Origin: the human T2T-CHM13v2.0 reference genome, Homo sapiens
NCBI RefSeq assembly: GCF_009914755.1
Contig: NC_060925.1
Direction: 5' to 3' (one strand)
DNA length: 64,000 nt
Shown: positions 15,596-31,976 of the stretch, piece after piece
How the letters are laid out: each line of letters starts with the position of its first letter
Position numbering within the stretch: position 1 is the stretch's first letter
Notes under the pieces: model-generated
Databases searched by the model: none
Told to the model about the DNA's origin: nothing
Seen by the model: only the letters and a program-made list of their open reading frames with translations
Made by a program: the position numbers and the translations under genes

Positions 15596-18500
15596 TTAAT
15601 AGATGCCGTTAATCAGAAGGTGAAAATTTTCCTGGCTGTGTCAATTTAGAGTTAACATATCACCCCAGGCTGTTGTTGTCAGTTTATTCTGTAACTTGCT
15701 ACTGGATAATTCATTATAGGTCTTGCCTGAGCATGTCTGATAATTAAAACTTTATATTTGAATTATCTGGATGCTGCAGAAATGGAACTACTCTACTGAA
15801 GTGGTATCCAATAATTTACTATATACAGCTATTGGTTTTTTATTCCTAAGATACAATATATTGGCTATTTGCTGCTCTGTTACTTAATGACATTAGATGA
15901 CTCATAAATGTAAGTGGTTGACATTTTTGCTATTAAGAATTTAGATATTCAAATTATGCTTTATAAATGAGGATTAGATTTTTATCATGTTATTGCCTAG
16001 GAGATAACAGGTAACTAAAACTTGATAATTAAGGATATCCCATTGCTGTTGATCTAGCATCTTTTCTAAAAATGCATGTTTTACAATATTTATGTGAAAC
16101 TAATTTTTATTTGATGTGCAGTAACAACAAATCAATGCAAAATTATACATTAATGAATTTAACAGTATGAAGTTTTAAGACATACCACAGCTTTCCTCTA
16201 GGTGGCATGATTTCAGCTATCATTGAGTCAACTGATAAAAATCCTTTTTCCCTACAAGCACACGAGTATGTAGTTTCTGAACAATCAGTATAAGTGTGAC
16301 ATTGATTAGATTTAATTGTTACAACTGGTTAAATAACCAGATTGACCTTATAATAGTCTATTGTTTAATGATCTTAAGTAACTTAAAATTGTAAGACAAA
16401 GTCCTCTTAAAGAAACAGATACAAAAAACTTGTTACCTCCAATAACCCAGCAGGCAAAATTATTTGTCTCTTCAGGTCACAATGACACACCCATTTCTGG
16501 ATTTATTTCTTTGGCATATATTTATTTCTTATGGTAGATAGTGCTATTTGCTTGGAACAGTAATGATACTGCCTTTTTACTTAAAAGGACTCATATAGAT
16601 GTAACAAATCTAAAGAGAAACCACAAATGGTAGGATTCTTGATCACAAAAATTTTCACGTTAACAGGAAACAGCCCCTTCAATTATGTGAAAGTAACTTT
16701 CCTGGTGTCCCTGGTTTTATGAAGCAGTTACTGTGTGCTAAACAAGAAGGATCAACATGTGAAAAGTCATTATTATGTGACCTGCAAGCATCAAACAACA
16801 AACAGAAACACTGTTCTTTTTTTTTCTGTACTGGCACTAAAATGGGAAGGGGGGCCAAACTCGTTTTTACCTTTGGGATTCTTTTTCTGTTGTTGATTTT
16901 CAAAAATTTAAAAATGAATTTCTCTGGCTATACAAAGAATACATAAAATGCTTGTTAATCCCATTATTGTTGTATTTATCTTCTCCTACCTTTCTCTGTG
17001 GGAGACTGCTTTCATGGAGCTCAAAAGAACTTGACCAAGCACCTCTCGGGGGTTCATTTTTGTGGCAGTGCAGGTTTATATTAATGCTAAAATTGTGCAA
17101 GTAGCATTTTCAAAATGTATCTCTGATGGTGATTTTTAGAATATGCTGCATAGGCAAAGGAAAAAAAAGGTCTTGGAAGTATGCAAAATATAATATCACC
17201 ACTGTAACCGAAAAAAGGTGAAAGACTAACAGATGTATTCTTACAGATTTAAAGTGGCTTCATTTTAAATAAGGTAATTATCTGGGAGAGTCCTGATTTA
17301 CCCCTGTTGTCTTAGTGTATCAATGAGTGGCATCCTCTTTACTGCAAAAAATGTTTGGATTTGTGTGACAAATGATGTAGCTACCCTAGTTATGAGAACT
17401 TTATTTTCTACTAAGATTTCAAATAATCATCAGTGAGAGTTTGTGGTCTGTAGTCTCCCGTTTTATAAATTATAACCATCTATATAGCTGTGCTTTTCAA
17501 AATACTTACATACTTAGGCTTTTAAAAATACTTATTTACTAATTTTTCCCTCTATCATAAACTACACTGAGGTTTTCTTTTTTTATGCAATTACTATTGA
17601 CCCTTGGTTTTTATTTATTTATTTTTTTTTTAATTGCAGGCTAATCGAGGCAGCAGAACGGCATATTTGTTTGAAATGTAGGTTGGTAATTTTGGCAGTG
17701 GAAATTTAGACATTTGGAATTTTACCCAATCTATGAAGCCCACTGAGATGATGACAGACACATAAATTCATTTAAAGACCATGTATCTTTAAAAAAAAAA
17801 AAAAAACTTTTGTTATATTATACTCATTTTAATTATGAGAACACAGTCATATTTTTCTCTATCACTCACCTTCTCTTTTTCTTTCTCATCTTTTGTGTTT
17901 ATTTTTAGTTGGCCAAAACACTCTCTCCATTTCTCCCCAGCAACCTCATTCTGGTTTCTTGCTTTGTGAAGTCTATCTGTGAACTTCTGTGGTGACAGAG
18001 TAAATGAAGGAGGAGTAGAGATTCTGTAAAGGTGAGTGTCAAGTACTGCCCTAAAAAATAAGGAAAATTCTGCTGCTGGTTTCTTTTTGTCAACATTAGG
18101 ATTTTGTTAAGCACTTATCCATAGCGTTATGCTGTGTCCCAACTATTACCATATGTTCATTTATTTATATCAGTTACTAAATGCTATCTTAGTGGGTGAA
18201 TTTCACCAGGGGCAAGAAACCAGAGGCTGCAGCTACAGGGATGACATAGCACAGGCCACTGTGAGACTGCCTCCCAAAGAAAGACTTTCCTGGAGAGCTA
18301 AAATTGTAGAGTTATGAGTGGCCCAAAAGCCACAAGCAGTAATCAATCAACTAATCATAATTCCAAAGGGTGAGATAATGTTCCCACAGTGTATCATTAG
18401 TGTGATGAGTTTATCTCTTTAAAGCCTCACAACCTGCTGATATGCTGTGGTTTTTCTTGGTCCTATCTCTTTATCTTTTACCACCTCTGATCTCTTTAAA

Positions 18501-20789
18501 CCCACCCTGTTTCCATTTTCCTCCCCGCCCATTGTTTCCTCATTTTTCCTTAACACTTCTTCCTTAGATTAACCTTTAAATACAAATGGAAATAATAATC
18601 GGATTATTTTTTGTAAGGAAACCACCTTTCTGTTTCATTATTCATAACTAGAATAATGAAATAAAGCTGTTTATAGAAATGCATCTAGAACATGAGACAA
18701 AATTGATATAGACCAAACATTGTTCTTGAATAGTGGTATCAAATATAAAATTATAAATAAAATCTTAAAAGACTTTTGGTGTATTTTCATATTAAAGGGT
18801 TATTTTGCATTTATCAAGTATCACTATTTGGGGGGAAATGTAATCAATTACCGTCGTTCCATGTATTTCTTTTTTTCACCTCCTGATTTTTCATGCTTGA
18901 AACCGTTCTGGAAAGCTTCCAGAATTGTTACAAATGAAGTTATGCTTTGGTCAATGTTAGTAAGGACCTATGATCCATAGGCGTAAAACTCCAGGACAGG
19001 GATGAGTAGTTTTGTTTTCTTCAGCCTCTTGTAGAAATCCCACATTACTTAAGTGAATAGACCCATTGATGAGTGGAGAATGGCTAAGAGTGGAAACAGC
19101 TCCACTCTCTACCTCTGTAATTTCAAAACAAAAGATTCCATTTGAGGGCTTTAATAAGAGACTTTAATCGTGAATGCTTAACTGAACTTTGATAGTCATT
19201 TAGCATTTTATTCACCAAAAGTGTATTTTCTTGTCCTTCCCTCCTATAATTACTGGGGGCAAAATACCATAATATTTAAAATGTGCCTACAGAAACTACT
19301 AGGAGGCAGAACTAGAAGCAAATTCTTCTTGGGTTCTTTCCTGGCTTTTCAGAGAGAGCGAGAGAGAGAGAGAGAGAAGGCCAGATATTTTTATTATAAA
19401 TTCCTTGACAGAAATAAAGACATGATAGGATAAGAAACTCACAGAGTCAGTGAGTAACTTGTTCAGGATCACAAAGCCAGAAAGTGACAGAAATCTGAAC
19501 CCAAAAAACCATGACTGGAGCCTGCCCTTTAAACCACTGTGCTCTCCTGCCTCCTTGAAGTAATCAAGATGGGTGTATATCATTTAAATACCCTTTTACC
19601 ATGAAGACTGTAGAGACCCCGGCACATAAGACCTCCATTAAATATAGAGATGAAAAGGCATTATAAGAGCCATTTAATAGAAGAAATGATTCATTTACGG
19701 TTACCAGGGAGACAGCTCTAGCAATCTTGCCGGTTAGGTCTTCAAAGAACTGATCATTTGAGAGGTGGAAAGGGGCTCCTCCTCTCCTGCTATACTCACT
19801 TACTGCACTTACCCATTCCAGAAGCTTTTACCAATACCTCCCGTCTTACCCTCCTGGGCTTTGGGGAAATTAAAGTAGCCTCTTATGAGTAAGTCAGGGG
19901 TCTCAGGTCTAAGGAGTTGTTAAGTGAGCAATAGGTACTCAGTAAACTAAGTATTATGAACAAAAGTGTGTATGTCTATGTCAGGAAGAGGGGTGGCCAT
20001 CAGAATTTATGGCTTGCGCTGTTTTCCTAGAAGTGATGTAAATGAACTTTTGCTACTCTATCCACACTCTAATCTGAATCTACTTAAGGTGCATCAGTGT
20101 CTGTACCAAGAAGGTTGTCTATAAACATGAAAGATGCTCACTGGCTTGTGGAAGCTGAACCTGTATCCTCAGCAAAATACAGTGATAGCTAATTCAGGTA
20201 ACCAGCCATATTCCACAGCAGCATCTTCTCTCAGTAGCTCTGGTTTGGAGCTCCTGCTCTGTGTCTATAATGGCCACAGGTGTAAGAATATTCACTTTTT
20301 GTCCAATCTGTAGAGCTAGCCTACTGCAGTTCTCAAACTGAACTCAGAGGGAGGACCTAACTGGATGAAACTACTAGTCTGACAGTAGCGCCTCTTGATT
20401 ATCTTTTTCTTGGGCTACTGGGATGGTAGCTTTGCTTCAACTCAAAACTGGTATCAAGGAAAGGAACCTGCTGGTGCTGATTTATACATAATTTTTAGAA
20501 TTATTCAGAAGTGGGTTGGAACAATTATTTTATTCCAGAGTTTTTCAATGTGTGATAATGGAAAAAATTCTGTATTCAAGGGAGTTTGGAAAATGCTGGG
20601 TTAAAAGAGTGAAAAGGTTTTCTCTTCTACAGGAGTTTCAGAGCCTTTAACATGATAATGTTCCAGAATGAGGAATCTAAGAGGACAGGAGAGTACCCAG
20701 TATCTCCCAAACTTGTTTGACTCCAGAATTCCTGTTTGTCAGAACATATTCTGGGACCATTGTTTCTCAGAAGTACATAGTAGGTAAGA

Positions 20790-21001
20790 ACATAGTGGAT
20801 CCTGACTGCAAAAATCCAGCTCTACCACTTACTGTGGTCTCGAACAAAGTACTTAACTTCTTTGTACCTCAGTCTCCTCATCTGCCAGATATGGATAATA
20901 AGACCCACTTTATAGGTTCATAGTGAAGATTAAATGACCATACACAACACACATCAAATTACTAAGTGTAGTATATGTTAGCTATTATTATTTTATTTAT
21001 T
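20790..21001 (+). mobile_element. MIR SINE
   Basis: 'aagtacttaacttctttgtacctcagtctcctcatctg...gattaaatga...atgttagctattatt'. Confidence 0.8.
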
Positions 21002-22026
21002 CAGTGCTCTACTAATAACCTAGGCCCCATACACAACTGAAGTATAAATTCCAAAAGTGATAGAAAGTTCTTTGTGACTTTTCTGAACTCAGGAACATCT
21101 GAAGTAGAGAACAGTATAGAGATCTTGGGTTTGGGAGTACATTCAACAGAGTTTCCAGTTTAAATCATCTGTCTGGTCAGTATGGCTGCAGAGTCATGCC
21201 GAAATGAAAATGTTGACTTTGAGTAACTAAAGGTAAAATAAAAGAAAAAGGGAAGGTGGAACAGTGGTAAGAGTTATTCTTGTATTCATCTAATTTAGAC
21301 TTAGTTGAAATTGAAAATGTCAAGTTATGAGTAGTGTAGAACAGTAGACATCAAACACTTAAAATTCCAGCTTCCTGGATTAATGCTATGGAAAGAATGA
21401 AGTTGGTTGATAATGTTTAGCCTAGCAAGAAGGTGAAGAAGAAAGCCATACAAGAAGTGGCTTAGGCAGCAAATTATAAAGGTGACCATTCATTCAAATC
21501 AGTAAAACAAACAAGTATACCTTATTCTTTAGGTAAAATTGATGGATCTCTGTTTTCCAGCAGTTCACAAACAGAGGGGTACATTGTAAACAACAAACTA
21601 ACAAAATAAATTCTGGGATGGCAACCTGCTAAGGTATCCCAGAAAATAAGAGGTAGGACATGAATTTAAAAGATTGGAAGGTATGTCTTCAGTACTGGCC
21701 TGGCCCTGAGTAGACTAGTGCTCCCTCCCATAGGGGTGCGTGTGCACACATAATACAGGAGGGAAGCCTTCCCTTCTAGAGCAAGTGATTCAGCTTGGGA
21801 GGCTGTGACTGAGCTACACTAAGTAAAAACGGGAGACTTGATTGTCCTTCCTTCAACAGACCTGTCCAAAATGACTGGAAAGTAAATACCGTAAATCACT
21901 GTTGTCAGGGCGCACATTCCACCTCCTTCCTCCCTTACCCACAGCGGTCCTCATTTCCACACTCCCTCAACGGTTCGGGGAGAGCTCGTGGTCTAAGTAA
22001 CGAGAGGACTTCTGACTGTAATCCTA

Positions 22027-22100
22027 GCACGTCACTCTGTTGAAGGCAGACACGTGGTTCAGAGAGAACTTATAAATCTCCCCTCCCCGGCAAGATCGTG

Positions 22101-22101
<1 letters not shown>
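22027..22101 (+). promoter_or_regulatory. TGFB2: TGFB2 core promoter: CRE/ATF site, E-box, TATA box and TSS
   Basis: GCACGTCA at 22027-22034, CACGTG at 22051-22056 and TATAAA at 22071-22076. These fall at -74, -50 and -30 if +1 is 22101, the established spacing of the TGF-beta2 promoter elements. Confidence 0.92.
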
Positions 22102-23825
<1,724 letters not shown>

Positions 23826-26800
23826 TGACTTCCATCCCCTGAGGTTTAGCTCTGCCCGGAGCTCTCAAAACCGCAGCAGCTCCCGGGATCGCCCTTCCCT
23901 CTCGCGGTTCCCGTTCGCTCTTTTCCCGTTCTCCTGTCCTTCACCCCACCACCTCCTTTTCAGTTGTATGCTTGAGGCCATCAGGCTTTAAAATGTTTAC
24001 TTTCTACTTTATTTTCTCCATCTTTCCCTTCCCCCTAACAATTCGGTGCTTTAAAAGGCGTTATTCTCTTTTTCTCTTCCCTGAAGTTCTTTAGTCGGCC
24101 ACCAGCTAGGAGTCAGCCCCACTCTGTCAAACTAGAGGTGCTCCCAGGGGCAGAGTTAAACTGAGGAATCTTGGTAGGTTTGTTTTCTTTGCTCCGATTG
24201 GCGTGGAGCGCGCCGAACTGGTGCACGAAGGGTTAAAAAAAGTGTCTCAAAACTAGCCTCTCCGGAAGGCGCCCCCTTTCCGTGCTGACCTATCAGCTGG
24301 TTCCCCAAGCCTTCTCTATTGTCTCTAACTACCCTAAAAATGTCAGCATCGCCGAGACAAAACCCGGTTTGGAGACCCCTCGAGAAACCTACCTGGCCCT
24401 CAGTCCTTGATGTATCATTTGCTATCACTAGGTGTTTCATTACCCAAAGGCAAAATCCTATAACCACGTTCCCTTTTCACTTAACCTGGAGTGTAGAAAG
24501 GACAACTCCGTTTCTGACTGTGTTTTAAAAGGTTTTGTTCACGTTATTTTTCAGAATACACTCAAACCTGCCTTCTTCACATCTCCAGTGTAGCAGATCA
24601 TTTTTCTTACGGGTCTGTTATCCTGCTCCTGCCTTTTCGTAGGCTTCCTGCAGTTACTTCAATGCATTCCTAAAACTCAGAGTAGACGACAGCCGTATTT
24701 TTTTTTTTTTTTTTTACTGGCTTCTCTGAGAACAGTGTCCTCAAAACCAGCTGGCATACAGTAGCAATAGGAGTGAAATGATTTATTGCAGAGGAAGGGA
24801 ACAGACAGTGTAGAATGATTTCAGAGTTCTTAAAAAAAGAAAAAAAAGAAAGAAAGAAAGAAAAGGGGCAGCAGCATCCACTTGATACCTGAGAGGGTTA
24901 AATACCAGGAAGAAGAAAAAGAAAAGTGGGGGCGGGGTGGGGGGAACCTCTTCAACATTTGTGTATTCCAAATCCCAAGTCATAAACTTTTCATTGGTTG
25001 CTCATTTCTCTCCTCCCCTTTCCATGCCCTGTATACTTGCTGGCTGCCTTTGCAAAGTCTCTGTGTCTTGCCTAAATAGATAATATAGCCATCTTGGTAA
25101 TTTTCTCTTAAAGGTTCTAGTTGCAGGGTGGTGCTTTTCTTTTTTAATATTTATTTTTAGTTTGACAAGTCCTAGCTATGTGACCTGCCATGTCTTGTAC
25201 TTGATGGTCTCAGAAGTCAGCCCATGTATCTAACCCCAGTCTTCCTAGTGACCCTTATTTTGCTGCAGTTTCTCCTGTTCTTGTTCAATAGCAGAACAGA
25301 TGCAGAGAATTCTGGCAAGCAGGATGATTTTATTATTGTAATTATGGCACTATCCGCAACAGCGGTGATAAATACACTCCACCCCTGGTTATCCCCTTTG
25401 GGAAGTAAAGCTTTCTATCTGGGGTGGAGCCAAGGAGATATTAGGAAAGAAAGTTCATTGTAATTAGTCCAAAACCATTGAGACAAACAAGGAGTTCAGT
25501 CAGTTTGCTTTCTCTAGCATGTGCATCGGTTCTACCGGTATTTGGGCAGAGCGGAAAGTATGTTATGTAGAACCTGAATAACTCATCTTTCAATGTTTAT
25601 ATGCAAAAGGTCTAATAAACTGCCAGCACTTCTATAACACAGAAAGGAGCTCTGATCCCATTTACTGAATAGGTGTGGAGAGAGCAAGTAACCCAAGAGG
25701 GCATTAGTTCTTTGTTCTCTGAAGCACACTTCAGTCTGAAGAGCTGAGATGATCCAACCCAGGGTCATGGTCATCAACAAACTGGAAAAATTCCTAGATT
25801 ATTAGGAGGATTTCAGAGTATGGCATTTAACATCAATGTGTGGATTCTCCTTTCCATTTCACCCCAGCCACCAAATAAATGAAAACCTCCGATACGTCCA
25901 AGATAAATAAAATATACTGCCAGTTTTCATACAAAGAATACAGGCTTTAAAAAGTCTGTATTCTGTATGGAAGTTTAGGAGCAGAAAGCCATATTAATAG
26001 CAGGTTCGATACTACTGTGCAAGGACTGGATAATTTTATAGAAAATAGGTTAACTGATTTTCCAGCACTTTTTAGTTATACTGGAATATAGCAAACCCTT
26101 CCAAAAAAAAGGAAAAAAAGAAAAAAACCATATTTTTAAAAAGCAAATTGAAAGTACAGCATTGGCTTATATACCAGCTTTCCCTCTTTAGGACTTTTCT
26201 GCCTAACTTTTAACTCAGCTGTCACTGAAGTGGCTGTGGGGAGGGAGTGTGCCTGTCATTCCTTGCAGTGAATCTGGCGAGGGTCATAAGCCCCAGAGAT
26301 GAAGCCATGGGAAAGATCACTGGTTCATTTTTTACCATCAACTTATTAGCGTTCAGGGAGTGACTTCAGCTCAAGTATTACAAATATGCTCTAATTATAC
26401 TCAATGAGCTATATATCATTACAGATTGCTGATAGCCCTTTGTGGGACATTTTATAAAGTTCAGACTACATATTTTTAGCAATGTGGAGATTTAAAAGTA
26501 AAAATATAAGAGATATTGTATATGCCCTGAGGCATATTTTGTCTTAAATATTATCCTTGGCCAAGTATACTATATAAATACAGTAAATATGAATAGAACT
26601 GGCCAGGTGCCAATCTCCTAGGATGAATTTTAGTCAAGAATGTATTTATGGGATATAAATAATACTGTGTCAACATTTAAAGAAGGGGTCTGATTAGTTT
26701 TGAATTTATTCATATTGATCTTTTCACGTGCTGTTAGTTTAAGACTCGAAGTGGAGTTATGCTAAGGTTTACCGATAGTTTGCCCACTGGGAATTAGTGG

Positions 26801-27027
26801 ACCTCTAGTAGTTTAACAATCCATTTGAAGTTCGAGGCACATCTATTCGAAAGATGCTGCACAAGGTTTTAGAAACTTAGAAAGGGTGATTCAGTTATAC
26901 ACAGGAAGAATTCAAATAATTGACATGTAAGAATCTGTAGAGAGTCCGACAATCAAAAAGAGGAAGAGACACAACGTTTCATTTTCTTTCTTTTCTCTCC
27001 CTTTTTCATTGTAACCAATCAGCACAT

Positions 27028-27279
27028 GTTGTGGTTCTAACCCTGGTGATTTTGTACTCCCCCCAACACCCGCACCCCTACTCCCACTGGAACGTTTGGC
27101 AATGTCCAGAGACACTTTGGGTTGTCATGACTGGAGGTGGAGGGGTGCTACCGGTATTTAGTGGGTCAGCCAGGGATGTTTCTAACCATCCTATAATGCA
27201 TAGGGCAACCCCCCATTCCCAACATCAAAGAATTATCCTGACCACAATGTCAGTAATGCCTCTGTTGAGGAGCCCTGGT
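27028..27279. mobile_element. MER20 hAT DNA transposon
   Basis: 'tttggcaatgtccagagacac...gttgtcatgactgg...gccagggatg...catcctataatgcatagggca...aaagaattatc' matches MER20. Confidence 0.85.
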
Positions 27280-30200
27280 ATTTGTTGGGGGTTACTGAAT
27301 TCTGTTAACAGTACCATTTAGAAAATAATAACAAAAATAAAATATCTTTATGATCAAAGCATATTCAAATGAGAATACTGAATAGGAGGATAGTCAGACA
27401 GTTATCTTAATTAAATGGAGTGTGGATTAGACCATTGTATACAGTATGTACTTTATTTTTTGTGGTCTTAAAGCCCCTAAATTAGAGACATCAAAACTTC
27501 CCATTTATTTAGCTTAAGTGATGGTGTTGACCTATCCATTACTAGCTTCAGTCAGCAGCAGTGTGATGTTAGAACAGAGAAAAAAGAAGTGAGGAATTAT
27601 CATGGATTCCCCTTGCAAGGGAAATAAGCAGTTTGTGTTAACAAAGAGTGGAATCTCCAAGCTAGGCAATGGAAGAAAGTAAATAATCATCTTGATTTAT
27701 TCTACCATTTTGAAGTAGATACACTAAAAATATACAGCCTGAAAAATCACAATGAGATTCCCTTTGTAGTTGTTTCACATGAGTGTTAAACATTTAACAT
27801 GAAGCAATCTCCTTTTCTATTTCCTCTGTAATTTTCCAAGTTAAATTGTGGAATGTAGAATGAATACCAATGACACTATGGTTTTGGGGAATGTGACTTA
27901 GCATTCAATTCATGAATATGTCTTTCTATATACAAGTTGCTGGTCTGTTGGCCACTTGCCCAATGAAGGAAAATGTTAGCGATTGCTGGAACGTAGTGGT
28001 ATTTTTGCTTTATGTAGTAAGCATTTTTACTATTTTATTTTTTAGGATTCTCTATGTGTGTGTTTGCATGTGGGTGTATGAGATAGAAACAGAAAGAAAA
28101 AGAGAGCGTATCAAAGACAGACTTGAACTTCTTGACTTCCAGAATGATTGAGTTATTAATATACAACAGACCAAACTTTAATTCTCCCTTTTTTATTGCA
28201 TCGTTGCTTGTACTAACTCTAGTGTCTAATTGTGGTTACATTTAAGTTAGGTCACATGCTCCTCCTTCAGGATTTCCTCTTTTTTTTACTTTTCAAAGAC
28301 TAGAAAAACCTCTCAAAGAAGTATACTATTTATAACGAAAGCAGTTGGGTCGTCTTTGTTGCCAAGTGAGGCCAGCCAGCTTTATGCCTCTCCTGAGGAG
28401 ACCCCACCCGATGAAAGAGGGGCTTTGCAGAGGTTGAGGGGCAGGTGGGGACCTCTCCACCTCACAGAAGGAAGGGGTTGGGGGAGCCCACTGCGTCTCC
28501 ACAGCAACCCCTGTGGTCTACTCGAGGAGTTGCACTTTTTGAATGATTTCTCCCTGGTGAAAAGATGGTGATGTAACCTAGTCGCAGCATCTTTCATATA
28601 AAGATATGAAAGAATGACAGATCGTTTTTCCTAGAGGAAACTGAGATGTGAAAAAAGGGCTAATGACTCACTGTTGAACCCACATCAAATCTGGGTTAGA
28701 ACCAAGGAGTTCACTGACTTGTAGGCCTTCGCCCAGAGATTACAACACACTTTAGGCTGCATATTTAGAAGGTTCGAGAAATTAGAGTGGAGGCTCCTGG
28801 CCCTGGGAGAGGTGTGCAGGGTCACCACTGGAGTGGGACTCTGGCCCACTGCCACTCCAGCCCGCCTCCCCCTGCCCCTTGCCCACAGCACCCCCACCCC
28901 ACCCCGCCCCATTATAGGTTCAGGAGTAAGGTGAGCAGCCGAGCAAGAGACTGCATGGAAGAGCTCTGGAAATAGCCCCTTCCGCTATCTTGATGTAGCA
29001 TTTCCGGTACTGATGGGCTCCCGGAGAGAGGATTTGGATTTGCCAGATGTGCTTGCTCTATTTAGGCAGCGCTTCTGCTCAAGGGTGGATTCCATTTTGC
29101 AGATTCTGCACAGCTTGATGAAATGTGGCTCTGCCCGAGATAAACAAATGCCCATTGTCATTTTGAAGGCATATGTGTGCTTTCATTTTAAAAAATATCC
29201 TTTAAACAATGATAGTTTTTAACCTGGGAATTCAACGTTCTCCAGGTATTTTATTTTAGATTTAATAATATGTTAGGGGATTCTTTGATGGGTTTGTTTA
29301 GACTGAAAAGTTTGCTTCTGTCATTTGTTTGGAATAAATTTGCATCATGCTACAACCACAAGCTGCTTTTGATGGTTGGCTGTTTTGTTTCTTTTCTAAG
29401 CGCTGATATCCAGAAGTGGGTGTTTAAGTGCCCCACACTCTCACCACTACCTTACTTCCTGAATTGGCTTGGTGGTCTTGACTCTGAATGAAACTGCCCC
29501 TTGGCCTCTTCCCTACCATCTCTAAATTGCCTTCTTTTCCTTCATTGTGATGGAATGTCTGCATGGATGGATGGTCGAGTGCTCACATATCATGTCCCAT
29601 TTGATACTCTACTGAGTTTGTGGGAGACAGCACCCCCTTTACTTAACCAGGCCTCAGTTTCTTCCCTTGTAAAGATGAAGAAAGTAACACTGGCCTTCTA
29701 GGGTTGTAAGGATTGATGATGACATATGTGAAGAAGCACCTAGTGCAGCTGCTCTGGCATGGAGTAGGTCTTCTTTGCCTGGCAGCAATTCTCTGAGTCT
29801 CAAATGCCTTTGACTTCAGGGTATACCATTATTTTATGTGCCACTAAGAAAAAAATATCACTTCAGTGATCATGCCATTGATTTTAAGAGAGGGTCTGGA
29901 TTTTAGGGAGATGAAAATGTGATTATGAGCGATACCCCAGGAACCACTTCCATTAACCTCGGATGTCTTGGAACCTCCAGCTCATTCTTTTCCTTTGCGA
30001 TAGTTCCACTCAGTGGATCTCTTTCCTTTGCTCACTCAGTTTGTTCCTTAGGTGGCCTCTGACACTTCAGGGCAGGGATGGGATGGGGCTGGAAACAGAG
30101 AACATAGGGTTGGTAATTCACCATGTCTGGCACTATCCAGTTCTCCTATGAGAAGGCCTGAGAGTTTAGGCAATTAGATTCAGGCCTTTCAGGGTCTGGT

Positions 30201-30377
30201 CCCTCCTCCTTGCTCAGCCCCTCCTCTCACTAAATCCCTGCATGAAAACTATACTCCAGTCACATTGTCCTCTTTGCCTTTACCCAAATGGGCCATTTAT
30301 TTTCATGCCTCTGGGGTCTTTGTTTATGCTGTTTCTTCTACATAGAGATCTATCTTTTCACACCTTTAAAAATCCTT

Positions 30378-30678
30378 CTGCCTGGTGTGGTGGCCCACGC
30401 CTATAATCTTAGCACTTTAGGAAGCTGAGGCGGGAGGATCACTTGAGGGCAGGAGTTGAAGACCAGCCTGGGCAACATAGCAAGATCTTGTCTCTACAGA
30501 GAATTTAGTTGGGCCTGGTGGTATGTGCCTGTAGTCCTAGCTACTTGGGCGGCTGAAGCAGGAGGATTGCTTGAGCCTAGGAGTTTGAGGCTGCAGTGAG
30601 CTATGACTGCCCCGCTGTCCTCCAGCCTGGGCAACAGAGCGTGACCCTGTCTCTAAACATAAAAAAATAAAACAAAAT
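30378..30678 (+). mobile_element. AluJ-like element
   Basis: Diverged dimer with 'ggaggattgcttgagcctaggagtttgaggctgcagtgagctatga'. Confidence 0.9.
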
Positions 30679-31646
30679 ATTTCTGGGCTTAGTCAGATGC
30701 CACCTCCTTAGAAAACCTTCCTTGATTGTCCTAGTCTTATTTAATTAGCTCTTCCTTTGCACTCTTACTATACTGATGGTTATCTCTATCTCTCCCTCTT
30801 TTCTTTTGATCTTAGTAAGATCTAACTCTGTTCTGGGCTGTCTTCTTCATTGGTTTGTAGACTGCCCCAGGAACAGAAATCAAGTCTAACTTATCTATAT
30901 TCTTATAGAACTTAGCATATTGTGTTTGATCAAGGAATGTTTGACAAATGGATGAGCATTCCCTTTACAGAATGAGATTGAACTACAGGAAGAAGAAGAA
31001 TCTGTGAGTTCAAAGAGGTGTCAGGGCCAGGAGATGCGGAGAGATGAAATGTTCTGACCTTCATTATCAGGGAAAATGTGTCTGATGGGTCATGTCACTA
31101 TGCTAAAGAGCACAGGGATTCTCATAACCATAATATTTTCTGTTTCCAATTCTCAGATAATAATGAAGGTGGTGATAATGATGATTAAAGCTAACCTTTA
31201 TTGAGGACTTTTTACAGGCCAAGCATAGCTAACCTTTATTGAAGACTTATAAACCAAGCATAGTTTTAAATATTTTACATATATGTACTCTTTAATACTC
31301 ACAAGCAATCCTATGAGGTTAATACTCATACTGTCCCTTTGACAGCTGAGGAAATGGAAATAGCTATTTCTATTAGTGATGTGTTATGGAAATTAGACTT
31401 TCAGCCACCACAGGTAATAGGAGCCCTAATACAGAGCCCAGGAAATAGAGAGCATGACCTTTCTTGCCTTCTTGATAAATGATGTAATACATCCATGGAA
31501 GAATGGTGGCTCTCCTCTGTTAACAAGAATTACATTCACAAGCACTGAGAAAATATACCTCTGAAGCACACAACCTGGGTTTTTTTTTCTTGCCTCTTAA
31601 CACATTCAACTTTTATTTCTGCACTTAATTGATACAAAAAGTGTGA

Positions 31647-31976
<330 letters not shown>

